Below the pieces are notes generated by a model. It was not told the DNA's origin, did no database searches, and worked only from the letters and a program-made list of their open reading frames with translations. Below are positions 24,135 through 36,037 of a DNA stretch of 64,000 bases, one piece after another. Numbering within the stretch: position 1 is the stretch's first letter; each line of letters begins with the position of its first letter. The stretch comes from Hormiphora californensis (taxonomy: Eukaryota > Animalia > Ctenophora). The translations under genes and the position numbers were made by a program. The stretch covers positions 7,502,001-7,566,000 of the forward strand of contig CM035350.1 of assembly GCA_020137815.1 (NCBI GenBank). The letters are read 5' to 3'.

Positions 24135-27100
24135 TCAGGTAAAGAGGCTAGTGAACTTGTCAATAAGACTCTCCTCTTCAATAACGGGTGGCGGGGGTGG
24201 CTCCACTTTCTTTCTCTTCAACGCAGAGGGAATCTTGATCGGCACTTCGTAGGTGTTGGTTGCCGTTGCAGCGTTGTACCTTACCTCGGCTTCAGATGGC
24301 GCCTGTTAGGAAGGGGGTTGGGGTCATGTAGTGATGGGGTTGGTTGGGGTCAAGTAGTGATGGGGGTCATGTAGTGATGGGGTGGGGGTCAAGTAGTGAT
24401 GGGGGATTGTGCTGTTATAGTGGGAGTGGATCACACGTATTGTGGTAGCAGACATATAGCCATTTGTTACTCTTGCTAGATGCAACAGGAAGAGTTTGGA
24501 AATATCAGCACCAATCACCATTGATAGCACATGCAGATGTGGACATATATTCAGCTCCTTTTTTTAAATTTCTATTTGTCATCTCAGCATTCAGCAGAAT
24601 TAACAAGCACACATCAATCACCTATACTCCTGTGTCTCCCTGCTCATCCTTTCCCGCGGTAAGATTCTCGGTAACTTGGGTTACTGCAGTTCGCCGCTAC
24701 AGACAATCATGGCTCAATATGTTTAATGTTTTCCCAATTAGGGTAATTAAAATCATGTAGAGATGCAACAATATCATAATGAAATCAAAATGCAATCAGA
24801 TAAATATCATATTGATCAGATAAATATATCATTCAAGTTAAGCCGGCAGCTTGAAACTATTATATTTACCTGTGTTCGTTTCTTGATGACGAATATAGCC
24901 ACAACGATGAGTGCTACCACTATGATAACCACCACTATGATAACAATGGTAACGGTACTGTCACTCTCATCCTTTACCTCTTGGGCGGCTGCAGAAAGGG
25001 AAGGGTGGGTTGTAATACAGCAAGAAATGAGTTAGAAACTATAAAAAGAGTAATTATTGGAGATCGCTGAGTGGGCGAAAATGGGACAGGGATTTCGAAA
25101 TATATAATGCCCCATTTTGACAAGGTGCTGATCAGAGGTAAACACCGCTAATATAATAAAGTGTACCTACCATCACAGACAGGATCAATACCACTGCCGC
25201 AGGTGAAGGTGTCAGTGTCCGTTGCCTTGCCGTCCTCACATTTCAGTGTCACCACGGTGTCATCTGTCACCCTGAATCCAGTGGGTGGAGTGGTACTTCC
25301 ATATGTCACCTTGTAGGGAGGAATGTGTCGCGTTGCCATGGGGAAGTAATATGATTGAAGTTGCCATGGGGATCCTTGGCATTTGAGGATCATCATGGGG
25401 TATTCTCTTGCTGGGACGCCGTACCCGGGAGTACCATCCCTGGGACCGTACTCCCGTGTACAAAATAAGCTAAGTTATGGCTACCACTATTTTCATTTTG
25501 ATTTTGTTATTACAACTCACCCCAGGAACTATACAGAGGTCCATGCACTGGGTGGAAGCCGTGCTCCCCGTGCCATACGTGGTAGTGTCAGTGGGGCACG
25601 TGGTGCAGGAGGTTGAACCCGCGGTGGGGTTATACGTTCCCAGAGAGCATGCCACGCACGTGGTACCACTCACATAGTAACCAGCCGGACAGGTATCTGA
25701 GGGGGAGTGGGGTGTTACATTTTCTGAGGGGGTTTGATGTTACATTGATATTATTGGTCTAGACATTGGCGGGGGTGGAAGTGTTGTACTTACAGCAGAA
25801 TCCATCCTCGCTTGCCTGACCATCATCACAGTTAACCTTTTCTGTTGCAGTGTAGCTGTCTTGCACCGCAGTAAAGCTCACCGTAGCCCTCTTCTTAGAC
25901 CAAGTAGCCCTAAATGTAGAAGTAGAGTATTATAGTGGTCAACAAGAACCGACCGAAACAAGTAAACAACCAATCAGAACTCGTTATTTAGGTCACGTGA
26001 TTGGTTATTAGCCAATCAGGGACCAGTATTTCTTGATTCGGTCGGTTCCTGGTGGTCAAATGGTTTTTATCAGTGCCAACAACAATATTACACGGCAGTT
26101 AAAGGCCTACTAGACACCCAGATCCCAAGTAGTCTTGATCGGCTGTACCTTCACTACATTGATCTATCTGTATTTAACTTACGAGAATGATAGTTTGTTG
26201 TTATCCACCAGATCTTTAATCCTATCATCTGCAGCCCCAAGAACGCTGCTGTTGGACAGGTCAACACTCTGTATCAGAGAGTATTCCAGGGTGGTCTGGG
26301 TTCCATCAGCAGTCTTCACACATGTACCATCCTCAAACTATTGGAAGGGGAAATTGGAAAACAGTCATGGCTTGATAAAGTTGATATGTATATACATATA
26401 TGTATTATGATATAGTTAGAATTCTAGCAAAGAGTTCTGGAGTGTTGTGTACAATTTACAATGATTCACTCACCGAGCAGGTATTATCAGCGAGGCACTC
26501 CACATTGTTATCTTCCAGGGCGGTCTCTAGTGCAGCCAATACAGCTGTCTTGGAGGCTGAAGTGTCACATGTCCCCGGGCTAATCATCATTTGGGATTCA
26601 AGGGTCCTGTTCTGGGGTGTAACAGAGAGAACACAAGGCTCAAATGTACCCAGACTGTTGTCATAAGACTGGTGAGACCAAATTAGGTTGTCCTTGCAGG
26701 TCACGGTAGTCTGGGGGGTCAGAGAGGGTGAATAGGGATTCAATCAATTAGGGAAATCAGACATTACATAGCTACTTGTCTACTTACTGCAGGCTAAATG
26801 ATAGAGAATCTACTATATATATCTAGAATTGGTACCCCACCTTTTCATTTAGGTTAAGGTACCCGGAATTGCAGGACACCGTACATTCCATTCCCACCCC
26901 ACTTCCACTACAGGATATCTTCCCGTTAGAAGGCGCCTCCAGCGTGGAGCATGAACCCGCTGAGGAATGTCATCACGTGATACCCATATATGGTCATATG
27001 AGGGGAGGAATTTCGCATATAAGTTTAATTTCGATCTATCGGGAAGTCTACTGGTATTGGATACCGGGGGAAGAGCTTGGAGAAACACGGATTATATATC

Positions 27101-27721
27101 CAATATATCGAGACCCGATAAATCGAGAGTATAATTCATCATTTCGCGAGCACTTTGGTAAAGTGGTCCGAGAGACTGTGTTATGATTGGTCCACATCAC
27201 GAGCAAGGTAAGGAGATGTCGGAGAGAGAAAATAGAAAAGAGAGAATTCAAATATTATTCGGAAGACAAATTCTTTGAATTCATCTCTTGCCATTCTACT
27301 TACAGTTCTTGGTACATGTCTGTGCGTTAGTTTTCCACCCCGGGGTTGATTCTGAGCACACACGGGGGTTTGTTCCATCTAGAATGTAGCCATAATCACA
27401 GACCACTGATACTTCCTGGAATTGATAATATTGTGTGGAATCTAAGTAAGTTGAGTACATGTATCATACTAGCAGACCAACCCCAAGAAATTACACCAAA
27501 GCCCCAGAACTTGAACAGAGAGAGAGAGAGAGAGAGAAAAAAATCCAAAATATTTTCTGAAATGAACCAAATTTCGATGAAGAGTGAAGGAGGAGAAAAC
27601 TGAAAACTTCTGTGACAGTTCCTGGATTATTTAGAAAAGAGAGGGAAAAGACGTTGTGCGACGTGTCTGATTTTCTTATCACGTTGCGTTCTCTCAGCGG
27701 TAAAAACTTGTTATCTTGTAG

Positions 27722-27805
<84 letters not shown>

Positions 27806-30800
27806 GAGAGAAAGAGTGAGAAAGATAGCGAAGGAAAGTCCGTTGAAGTGACGTTATTACTTTTTTATCAGTGCGTTAGCTACCACTAGGTTGCTGAATT
27901 GAAGTGACGCTGTTGTGCGATATCATTATTCCTGGACGATTCCAGAAACCGTCCCGATATTGCTGCTCTTAGATTTTTGTTAACTTAGTTTCTCAATTCT
28001 TACTTTATGCTAACTTTTAACTTACTGCTTTACGCTTGTCCTAGGACAAGCCACATCGTTTAATCGTTTAATTAAGTACTGAAAGGGCTGAGCTCAGCCC
28101 TTTCAGTACTTAATTAAGCGATGTGGAAATTTAGTTGCCCAAAAGCCTACCTAAGGTACTCTGATCGTTTCTCGTTTCCTGTTGCTCTCGTTCTCTCAGT
28201 ACAAACACCACATTTTGTCACCTGTTTCTTCCTTTAACATTCAACAATCACTCACAGCCCTCCTCCTACTCCCCAGTGGTCTCTACACAGCTTAGATAAT
28301 GCCCAATGTGTCCCTGATAAGCTTAGAAATGGCCCATTTTCACTGAAAAAGTTTCCCGAAAATTTCGAAAAAAGTCATTTTTTGAAGTTTGCGATGCATT
28401 TTATTTCCATTTTATTTAAAAGTCCACTTTTAAAGTTGCTTGCGGAGGCCCGTACACATGGTTACCACTTCGTGACATACTTCCCGGAAGTCTCATTGCA
28501 CTCTGATCGTTTCTCGTTTCCTGTTGCTCTCGTTCTCTCAGTACAAACACCACATTTTGTCACCTGTTTCTTCCTTTAACATTCAACAATCACTCACAGC
28601 CCTCCTCCTACTCCCCAGTGGTCTCTACACAGCTTAGATAATGCCCAATGTGTCCCTGATAAGCTTAGAAATGGCCCATTTTCACTGAAAAGGTACCCGG
28701 AAAATCCCATCCGCCCACCCCCCAGCCACCCTCCCTAAATAGAGGCGTTTACTAAACAGCCCACTACAGCGACAATCCTTGTGTTTTGGTGCACTAAGTC
28801 GCTTATCGCGTGTAACAATTATCAATGATCTTATCTATGTTATCCGACTTGTCTTCTAGAACATTTCACACTCTACATTTGTACTGTCCTATGCCTTATT
28901 TGTGTTTGATTGTCTTTAATCTTAATCTCTACTGAAAATGGAAACACTTCACATCTCATCACCAACACGTCACGGTACCCATCAAATCCATCAAGGTCGT
29001 AAGTTTGTCAGTCCGTTGTTATGTACAGTTGTATCCAAATTATGATCGTAGCCATTGAGAGATTCTATTCTTATTCTTAGTTAGTATCTTTAGCTAGCGC
29101 TGTTGACAGACCGTACTCACAATGGAAAACGTTACCTTGATCCAGACCAAGTCCAAGACTTGCTACCTTGTTCCAAAACATCTCAAGACTACCACAAAGG
29201 CAAAACGTTACCTTGTTCCAGACAAAACAAACTCAAGACACTCAAAGGCAAATCGTTACCTTGTTCCAGACTAAACTAAACTCAAGACACTCTCAACGGC
29301 AAAACGTTACCCTGTTCCAGACTAAACTAAACTCAAGACACTCTCAAAGGCAAAACGTTACCTGCTCCAGCTTAATATAAACCTTAGGAATTGATTTAGG
29401 CCAGGAGTAGTGTGATACCCCTGTCGACGTCGTGCGGCTCCGGGCTCACGCCGCTCGGCGTCGCCAGTGGTTGACCACGGTCTTCCTGGAGCGTCTGAAG
29501 TAACATGCTCTGCATAAACTGATTGGTGGGTGGCCTTGCTACGGCGGAGTGGTGGACGTGCTGGGGCGCCTAATAAGCGTGCTCGGTGCGGCCGCCGCTA
29601 CTTTCGGGCAGGTCACTCGCCAGACGCAGCAAGTACAAACAAACAAACAAACAAGCCTACCTAAATGTTCTTTTTCCGAATTTAACAAAAGCTTTCCTTT
29701 GACATAAGGATTTCGTTTTAGACTTTCATTCTTCTCATATTGTGTCAATTTGAATCCCTTCTATTTCCAAAAAGCTGCTCCTCAAATAATGGCTAATGAC
29801 TATAAAATATTTTACTAGTAAATTTAACTGTCTACTAATCTAACCTACCTCATTGTCATAATATTCCTTGTCGTTAGGACTGACGTCTCCATTTGTTACA
29901 CTGTAGGAGTTGCATTCTTCGATAACCTCTGAAATCAATGTTTTTCAAACTATATACCCACTCGTATCAACCTGTTTATAGTTCTCTAGAAACACATGAG
30001 TTGCTCGATAAAGTAAAGTTCATGATCACGTACCTTCACACGTTGGAACAGCATTACTCCAGGTCCTCTTGATGCACGTTATTATCGCACTGCCTTTCAT
30101 CTTGAACCCACTGTTACATGTAAAGGTAACCCCTTCACCCATATTGAATGGTGGGGAATCACCAGTTGCCGTGCCGTTAACAATGTCCGCCAAGAGAACA
30201 CACTGGTCTGCCGGGGGAAGGGGTTAGACTTAGGTTGGGAGAGAGAAGGAGAGATTTAATAGAGAGAGAGAGAGAGATATCCATGAGACCCATCAAACGA
30301 CATCTTCCAAGCTAAACCCTATCTAGGGTTTAGCTTGGAAGATGTCGTTTGAGAGAGGTAGAGGGAGAGAGCGGCTAAATGTGAACCATATGTTCCAGTG
30401 AATTCTACTCTCCTCCAGACAGGAAATGGGTCTCATGGATAATTAAACCCATTTACCATGCATCTCACTTTCATTCTCTCTCTCTCTCGCTCTCTTTCTT
30501 TCTCTCTCTCTCTCGCTCTCTTTCTCTCTCTCTTTCTCTCCTTCTAGCTCTTTCTCCATATTTCTTTCCCCCTCTCAAAAGGATGAGAGAAAGAAAGTAA
30601 AAGAGAGCTCTCTTTTACTCTCTTTCTCTCCCCCTCTTCCTCGATCGTTCTCGCTCTTTCTTCTATTCATTAGTGGAGGGAACGGCGTAGCTTCACTCCC
30701 ACTTTCTCTCTCAGCTCCTGCAAATTTTGTATAGCCCACACAGAATGTATAGTTACCGCCACGTCGCATTGCATTGCATATAAGGTTACATATTATTCTC

Positions 30801-31677
30801 TCTCTCTCTCTGCGAGAATGTTCCTTCTTGTCATTCTATATCTTGTATTGAACATCACCCCCACGATATCTACTGCTGGTGACACGATATCTACCCCTGG
30901 TGACACGATATCTACCCCTGGTGACACGATATCTACCCCTGGTGACACGATATCTACTGCTGGTGACACGATATCTACCCCTGGTGACACCTGTCTGGAT
31001 AGTGGAGATTGTCATCATGGGACTACTCACCCAGAGGAAGACACGTGTGAAGGGTCGAGTTGTAAGCACTACACGAGAAGGGATCATCATTACTCTCCTC
31101 ATACGTCTGATCACAGGTATATGATAGAACGTAGCTGGGGTCCACTTTTGTCCCTGCTGTTTTGTTTGTAGCGCCGTAGGGAATCTGAAAGATCGAGGTG
31201 TGTCATACAATGTTACATAGGGATGGGTGGGGTAGTCATGTGACACATATATCACGTGTCTTTGAGAATCTCAAAATGATGTTGTGAGTAGCTGCTGAAT
31301 GATATTTTGAGATGTTATGTCAATCACGCGGGGGGGGGGGGGGGGGGGGTCATACACGTACGTCAGGGACAGTACAGAGGGAGTAACATTGGTCCTCCTT
31401 AGTTGATCCCTCTCCGTATGTCGTCTTCCCGCCCGTACAATCAATGCACTCCGTGGCACCCTCAGCTCCGTTGTAGCTACCGACCGGGCACGCCACACAA
31501 GTGCTATTCACCGTCTTGTACCCAGCCGGACATGTAACTGTAGAGAGAATGGGTGTTATTCCGAGTATTACAGGTGTCAAAATATCGAGTTATACTTGAT
31601 ATAATATAACAAACGTGGCATTCCAATGAATAGACTTGAACAGAGAGATGGTGTAGAGAGAAAGAGAGAGAAAGAGA

Positions 31678-31740
<63 letters not shown>

Positions 31741-33405
31741 TGAGAGAGGAACAAATAACTAGACAAGTGAGACTATACTGAGTGAGTGATGATAGTATGA
31801 CTCACCACATTGTCCATTGCTAAGCGCCTCCCCGTCCGCACACGATACTTCATCCGTCGCTTCCAAGGAGTCCTTATCCGCTGATAGTGAGGTGGCCCTC
31901 TTTCTCCTCTTTTTGTCACTAATTGACAACACAAATGTATCACTCTTCACACTCGTCTTGATCAACTTCTTCGCTGAGTTTAGTATACTCTTGTCTGTTA
32001 GATCGGCCTTCTGGTCCAGAGTGAAGACCAGCCTCGTGTCTGATTGTGATGTTCTATACCAGCAGTCGACTGTTCCTAGCTCACACTTCTTACTAACTAG
32101 ACAACCTATCGCTAGGTTGCTCGAGAGAAAGGTGCTCAGAGCCGTACTGATCTTGGTTTTCTAGATAGGGAGAGAGATGTTGGTAGAAATATACAGATGG
32201 ATTCAATGAGTAGTTAGGAACTCGGGAATTTGAAGATGGTATTTACCTCAGCATCGGTGGTGCAGTATTGGGTGAGAAGGCTGACCTTGTTTTTCATAGA
32301 CCGACCCTTTGGTTCAATGACCTCTGAAATAATATTACAGGGGTGAGTTATTTGGTGTAACGTAGTGAAGTAGAAGTTGTATTGTTCATACTATTATTTT
32401 TGCAACAGCACAAAGTAGAAGGAGTGGGAGATGGAGTAAGTTTAGTGTTGGACCAACCTGTACAGGGTGCAAACTCTCCCAGGGTGTTAGAGGCCGTCTG
32501 AGTTGACCACTGAAGTTTCTTACTGCAAATCGCCGACTGTTTATCATGGGGGGAGGGGGTGTTTATATAATGGGGGTTGGGGGTGTTACAGTATGTTGCT
32601 AACTTTTACACCCTTCGATTAATTTCTCTCTCTACTACTAAAGTTTCCTAACTATCTAGCAATCCCTTGAAGCCAACTCATTTTGAAGTATGCAGAGAAT
32701 GTTGTGTTAACTCCTTCTGCCGTGTGAAAATGTTCATTTTACTTCTCAAACTCATTCCCTGCTCCCTACTCATTTATGTTTATTCTCCCTCTCATCTTCC
32801 CGCTATAACATCTTGTCCTACTCCTCCTCCTTCAAAATCATTAAATTACCGTAACATCACTAAGGTTGACGTAGCCATCATCGCATGTTGCAGTGCAGTT
32901 GGTTCCTGCTACATTCTTGCCACTTTCCTGTCCCGAGCAAGGATACAGCCCCGTTGTCAGGGGCAGAGAGACTCACACACTCATTGTCTGGTGAGAGAGA
33001 AGAGGGTTAGTTATGGAAACTGGGAAGATATAGATTTTGGATTACTGGTGAGTGTAAAGTGTTCGTTCTCTGCACACTATCCCATGAGCCACTGACCATG
33101 GCTGACCCTTCTCATGAGTAGTGTTCCTTACCTCTCCCACGACAAGATAGTGGTTGCTACGTACCTTGTTTCTAAACTCTCCCACAAGATAGTGGTTGCT
33201 ACGTACCTTACTACCTTGTTTCTAAACTCTCCCACAAGATAGTGGTTGCTACGTACCTTGTTTCTCGCATGTGGGGGCTGATGTTTTCCATCCTGCAGTC
33301 TGGCATTTTCTTGGGGATGTTCCCTTTAGACTGTAGTCTGTATCGCAGGAGATTTTCACCACCTGTAATGCGGGAGTGAGTGTAGAGAAAATGAGGTAGG
33401 TAAGG

Positions 33406-33484
<79 letters not shown>

Positions 33485-33637
33485 CTAGCCACTAGAATGA
33501 GTGTTATCTTAGTCCTTTTGCAGTTTCCGGGAAGAAATGATATCAAGCATGTGTGTACCCAACTTCTGTGTGTTTCTAGAGCATTCAGTTCCGGCTTTAA
33601 GAACTTAATTCTCTCCCTCTCTCTATCTCTGTCTCTC

Positions 33638-33725
<88 letters not shown>

Positions 33726-33838
33726 CTAATGCTCTTTTACTCCCCCGGTGGCAGTGTGTAGGGTAAACTGCGGCTTCCGTGAGATGCTCGATCTAACGAA
33801 CAGCTGCTGCGTGGCACTCTCTCATTTTATCCTTTCTC

Positions 33839-33882
<44 letters not shown>

Positions 33883-34474
33883 CATTGGTCCTCTTTGTAA
33901 CTAACTTCTCTCCTTTATTGCTGCAAACTCAGGTGGGTCACCGTCCCCGGGGCTTTCTGTCTTGATCTTTCTCATGACTCATTTCTCTTTGGTAACCTCG
34001 CATATATAGGTAATATGACTCTGTGTTTTGGTACTACCCGCATCCTCCATATCCTTAAATCGATAGTGTTTACGCAGTGAATACAGAGTGAATACGCAGT
34101 GAATACAGAGTGAATACGCAGTGAATACAGAGTGAATACGCAGTGAATGTAGAGCGAATGCAGAGCGAATACGCAAGTAATACGCAGTGAATACGCCGTG
34201 GTTCCAGAGTGAATACGCAGTGAATGCAGAGTGAATACGCAGTGAATACGCAATCATTGGGGATATCCTACCAGAACTGTTTACGCAGTGAATACAGAGT
34301 GAATACAGAGCGAATACGCAGTGAATGCAGAGCGAATACGCAATCATTGGTAATATCCTACCAGAACTAGAATGTCGTAAATACGCAGTGATAGAAAAAT
34401 TGGACATTGTTGCTACAACCCGAAAAAAAAAGCGGTTTTGTCTCTCTATCTCTATCTCTATCTCTATCTCTATC

Positions 34475-34516
<42 letters not shown>

Positions 34517-35848
34517 ACTCATACACACTGGGCACACCATCAGCAACAATGTCCAATTTTTCTATCACTGCGTATTTACGACATTCTAGTTCTGGTAGGA
34601 TATTACCAATGATTGCGTATTCGCTCTGCATTCACTGCGTATTCACTGCGTATTCGCTCTGTATTCACTCTGTATTCACTGCGTAAACAGTTCTGGTAGG
34701 ATATCCCCAATGATTGCGTATTCACTCTGCATTCACTGCGTATTCACTCTGGAACCACGGCGTATTCACTGCGTATTACTTGCGTATTCGCTCTGCATTC
34801 GCTCTGCATTCACTGCGTATTCACTCTGTATTCACTGCGTATTCACTCTGTATTCACTGCGTAAACACTATCGATTTAAGGATATGGAGGATGCGGGTAG
34901 TACCTGTGTTTTATTCCCTGCATATCATTTTGCTAATATGATTTGATTTGAAATATGATGATGATGTTTATTAGGTCCTTGCTACATTTTACCATGACAA
35001 GTCATACTAAACAGATCCTCTCACTTCCGCTCTCTCTATCATTCGCTCTTTCCTCTCTCTTCCTCCCCACCTTTCTTCCTCTCCCGTTCTCTCTCGTTCT
35101 CCCCCATTCTCTCTCGTCCTCTCTCTTCCTCCCCACCTTTCTTCCTCTCTCGTTCTCTCTCGTTCTCTCTCGTTCTCTCTCGTTCTCTCTCGTTCTCTCT
35201 CGTCCTCTCTTATTCTCTCTATCTCTCTCCGGCTCTATCTCTCTCTTCTCTCTCTTTATCATTCTCTATCATTCTCTCTCTCTCTCTCTCCCACGGGGTT
35301 CTCACAGCAGGTGGTCGTCGTTTATTCCTTATAGAGCAGCATCATTACTCGCCACTCATTCTATGCCGCGTGTACCTCATCATTGCAGCGAGCTTGCTTT
35401 GTTCGATCGAATCCAAGCTCCATCACTTTTATTTGGTTTGGTTTGGTTTGGTTTGGTTTTATATTTGGTGTGGATAGTTACGTTTTCAAACTTACATCAT
35501 TAGTAAAGTAGGGATCCGCATTACTTAGTTTCCCGTTGGTAACCTCAAACGACCCACAGTTCGTGTTTATGGCTGGAAAAAGAAGTCACTGTCAATTCTG
35601 GCTTGAATCAATATATGCTACTTTTTCACTAACATAGATTTCAAAGAAACCAACCCCCCTTGCTTACCAACACAAGTTGCAGGTTTACTGCTCCATTTGC
35701 TTCCCTTGCACTTCAGAACAGTGTTACCACTGGATACGTAGCCACCATCACATTGCAGGGTGACCACCGATCCGGCGGTGTATTTAGCAGCCGAGCCAGA
35801 CTTAATTGAACCGTTGTCTATGGCAATATCCTTCGCATCACATGTATC
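24135..35848 (-). CDS. C-terminal half of a type-I membrane protein: 2x[CCP, CCP, CCP, spacer with basic site, GCC2-GCC3, CCP-like], TM, cytoplasmic tail (SVEP1/polydom-like modules)
   Basis: Phase-compatible GT-AG exons, e.g. 35668-35848 (DTCDAKD...KPATCV), 35496-35572 + ~33259-33362 (split CCP), ~31806-32160 (KKRRKRA), ~31364-31537 (CVACPVGSYN...C..C...KTTYGEGS), ~30034-30207 (CCP), ~25521-25697 (CVACSLGTYN), ~24870-24989 (TM: VTIVIIVVVIIVVALIVVAIFVI-KKR), last exon ~24135-24303 ending ...DKFTSLFT*. Confidence 0.85.
25943..26051. mobile_element. 109-bp hAT-like MITE (second clean copy, intronic)
   Basis: Same sequence family as 20427-20535; 8-bp target duplication gtggtcaa (25935-25942 and 26052-26059). 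Confidence 0.92.
28155..29652 (+). mobile_element. 1.5-kb non-coding retroposed element with 12-bp TSD and (CAAA)n tail
   Basis: aagcctacctaa at 28143-28154 and 29653-29664; (CAAA)n tail ~29636-29652; ~190-bp direct repeat (~28159-28350 / ~28501-28692); ~49-bp tandem repeats at ~29125-29365; GC-rich 3' part. Confidence 0.75.
30862..30989. repeat. 21-bp intronic minisatellite (CACGATATCTACCCCTGGTGA), ~6 copies
   Basis: Direct observation. Confidence 0.9.
34030..34904. mobile_element. Foldback-type non-autonomous DNA transposon (Merlin-like) with long TIRs built of short tandem repeats
   Basis: Arms ~34030-34415 and ~34542-34904 are reverse complements; termini GGTACTACCC / GGGTAGTACC; 8-bp TSD tgtgtttt (34022-34029 and 34905-34912); central (TC)n. 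Confidence 0.85.
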
Positions 35849-36037
35849 TAGAGAGGGGGATAACATTGTTAAATATTACTCCTTATGTACCTCTTGTGCA
35901 ATCTACCCCCACCAGTCACTATCCCCACTTCTATCACTCCCTTCTCTTTGTTTTGTCTGTCAGTATTGTTTATTCCCCTCCCCCACCACTCCACTGGTAT
36001 ATAATGTCTGTATAACTAACCAGAACCCCGTTACAGG

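Noticed and set aside
28310-28335. Hammerhead-like 'ctgataagcttagaaa' in the 190-bp repeats
   Set aside because: Core is CUGAUAA rather than CUGANGA, and stems I and III are not evident.
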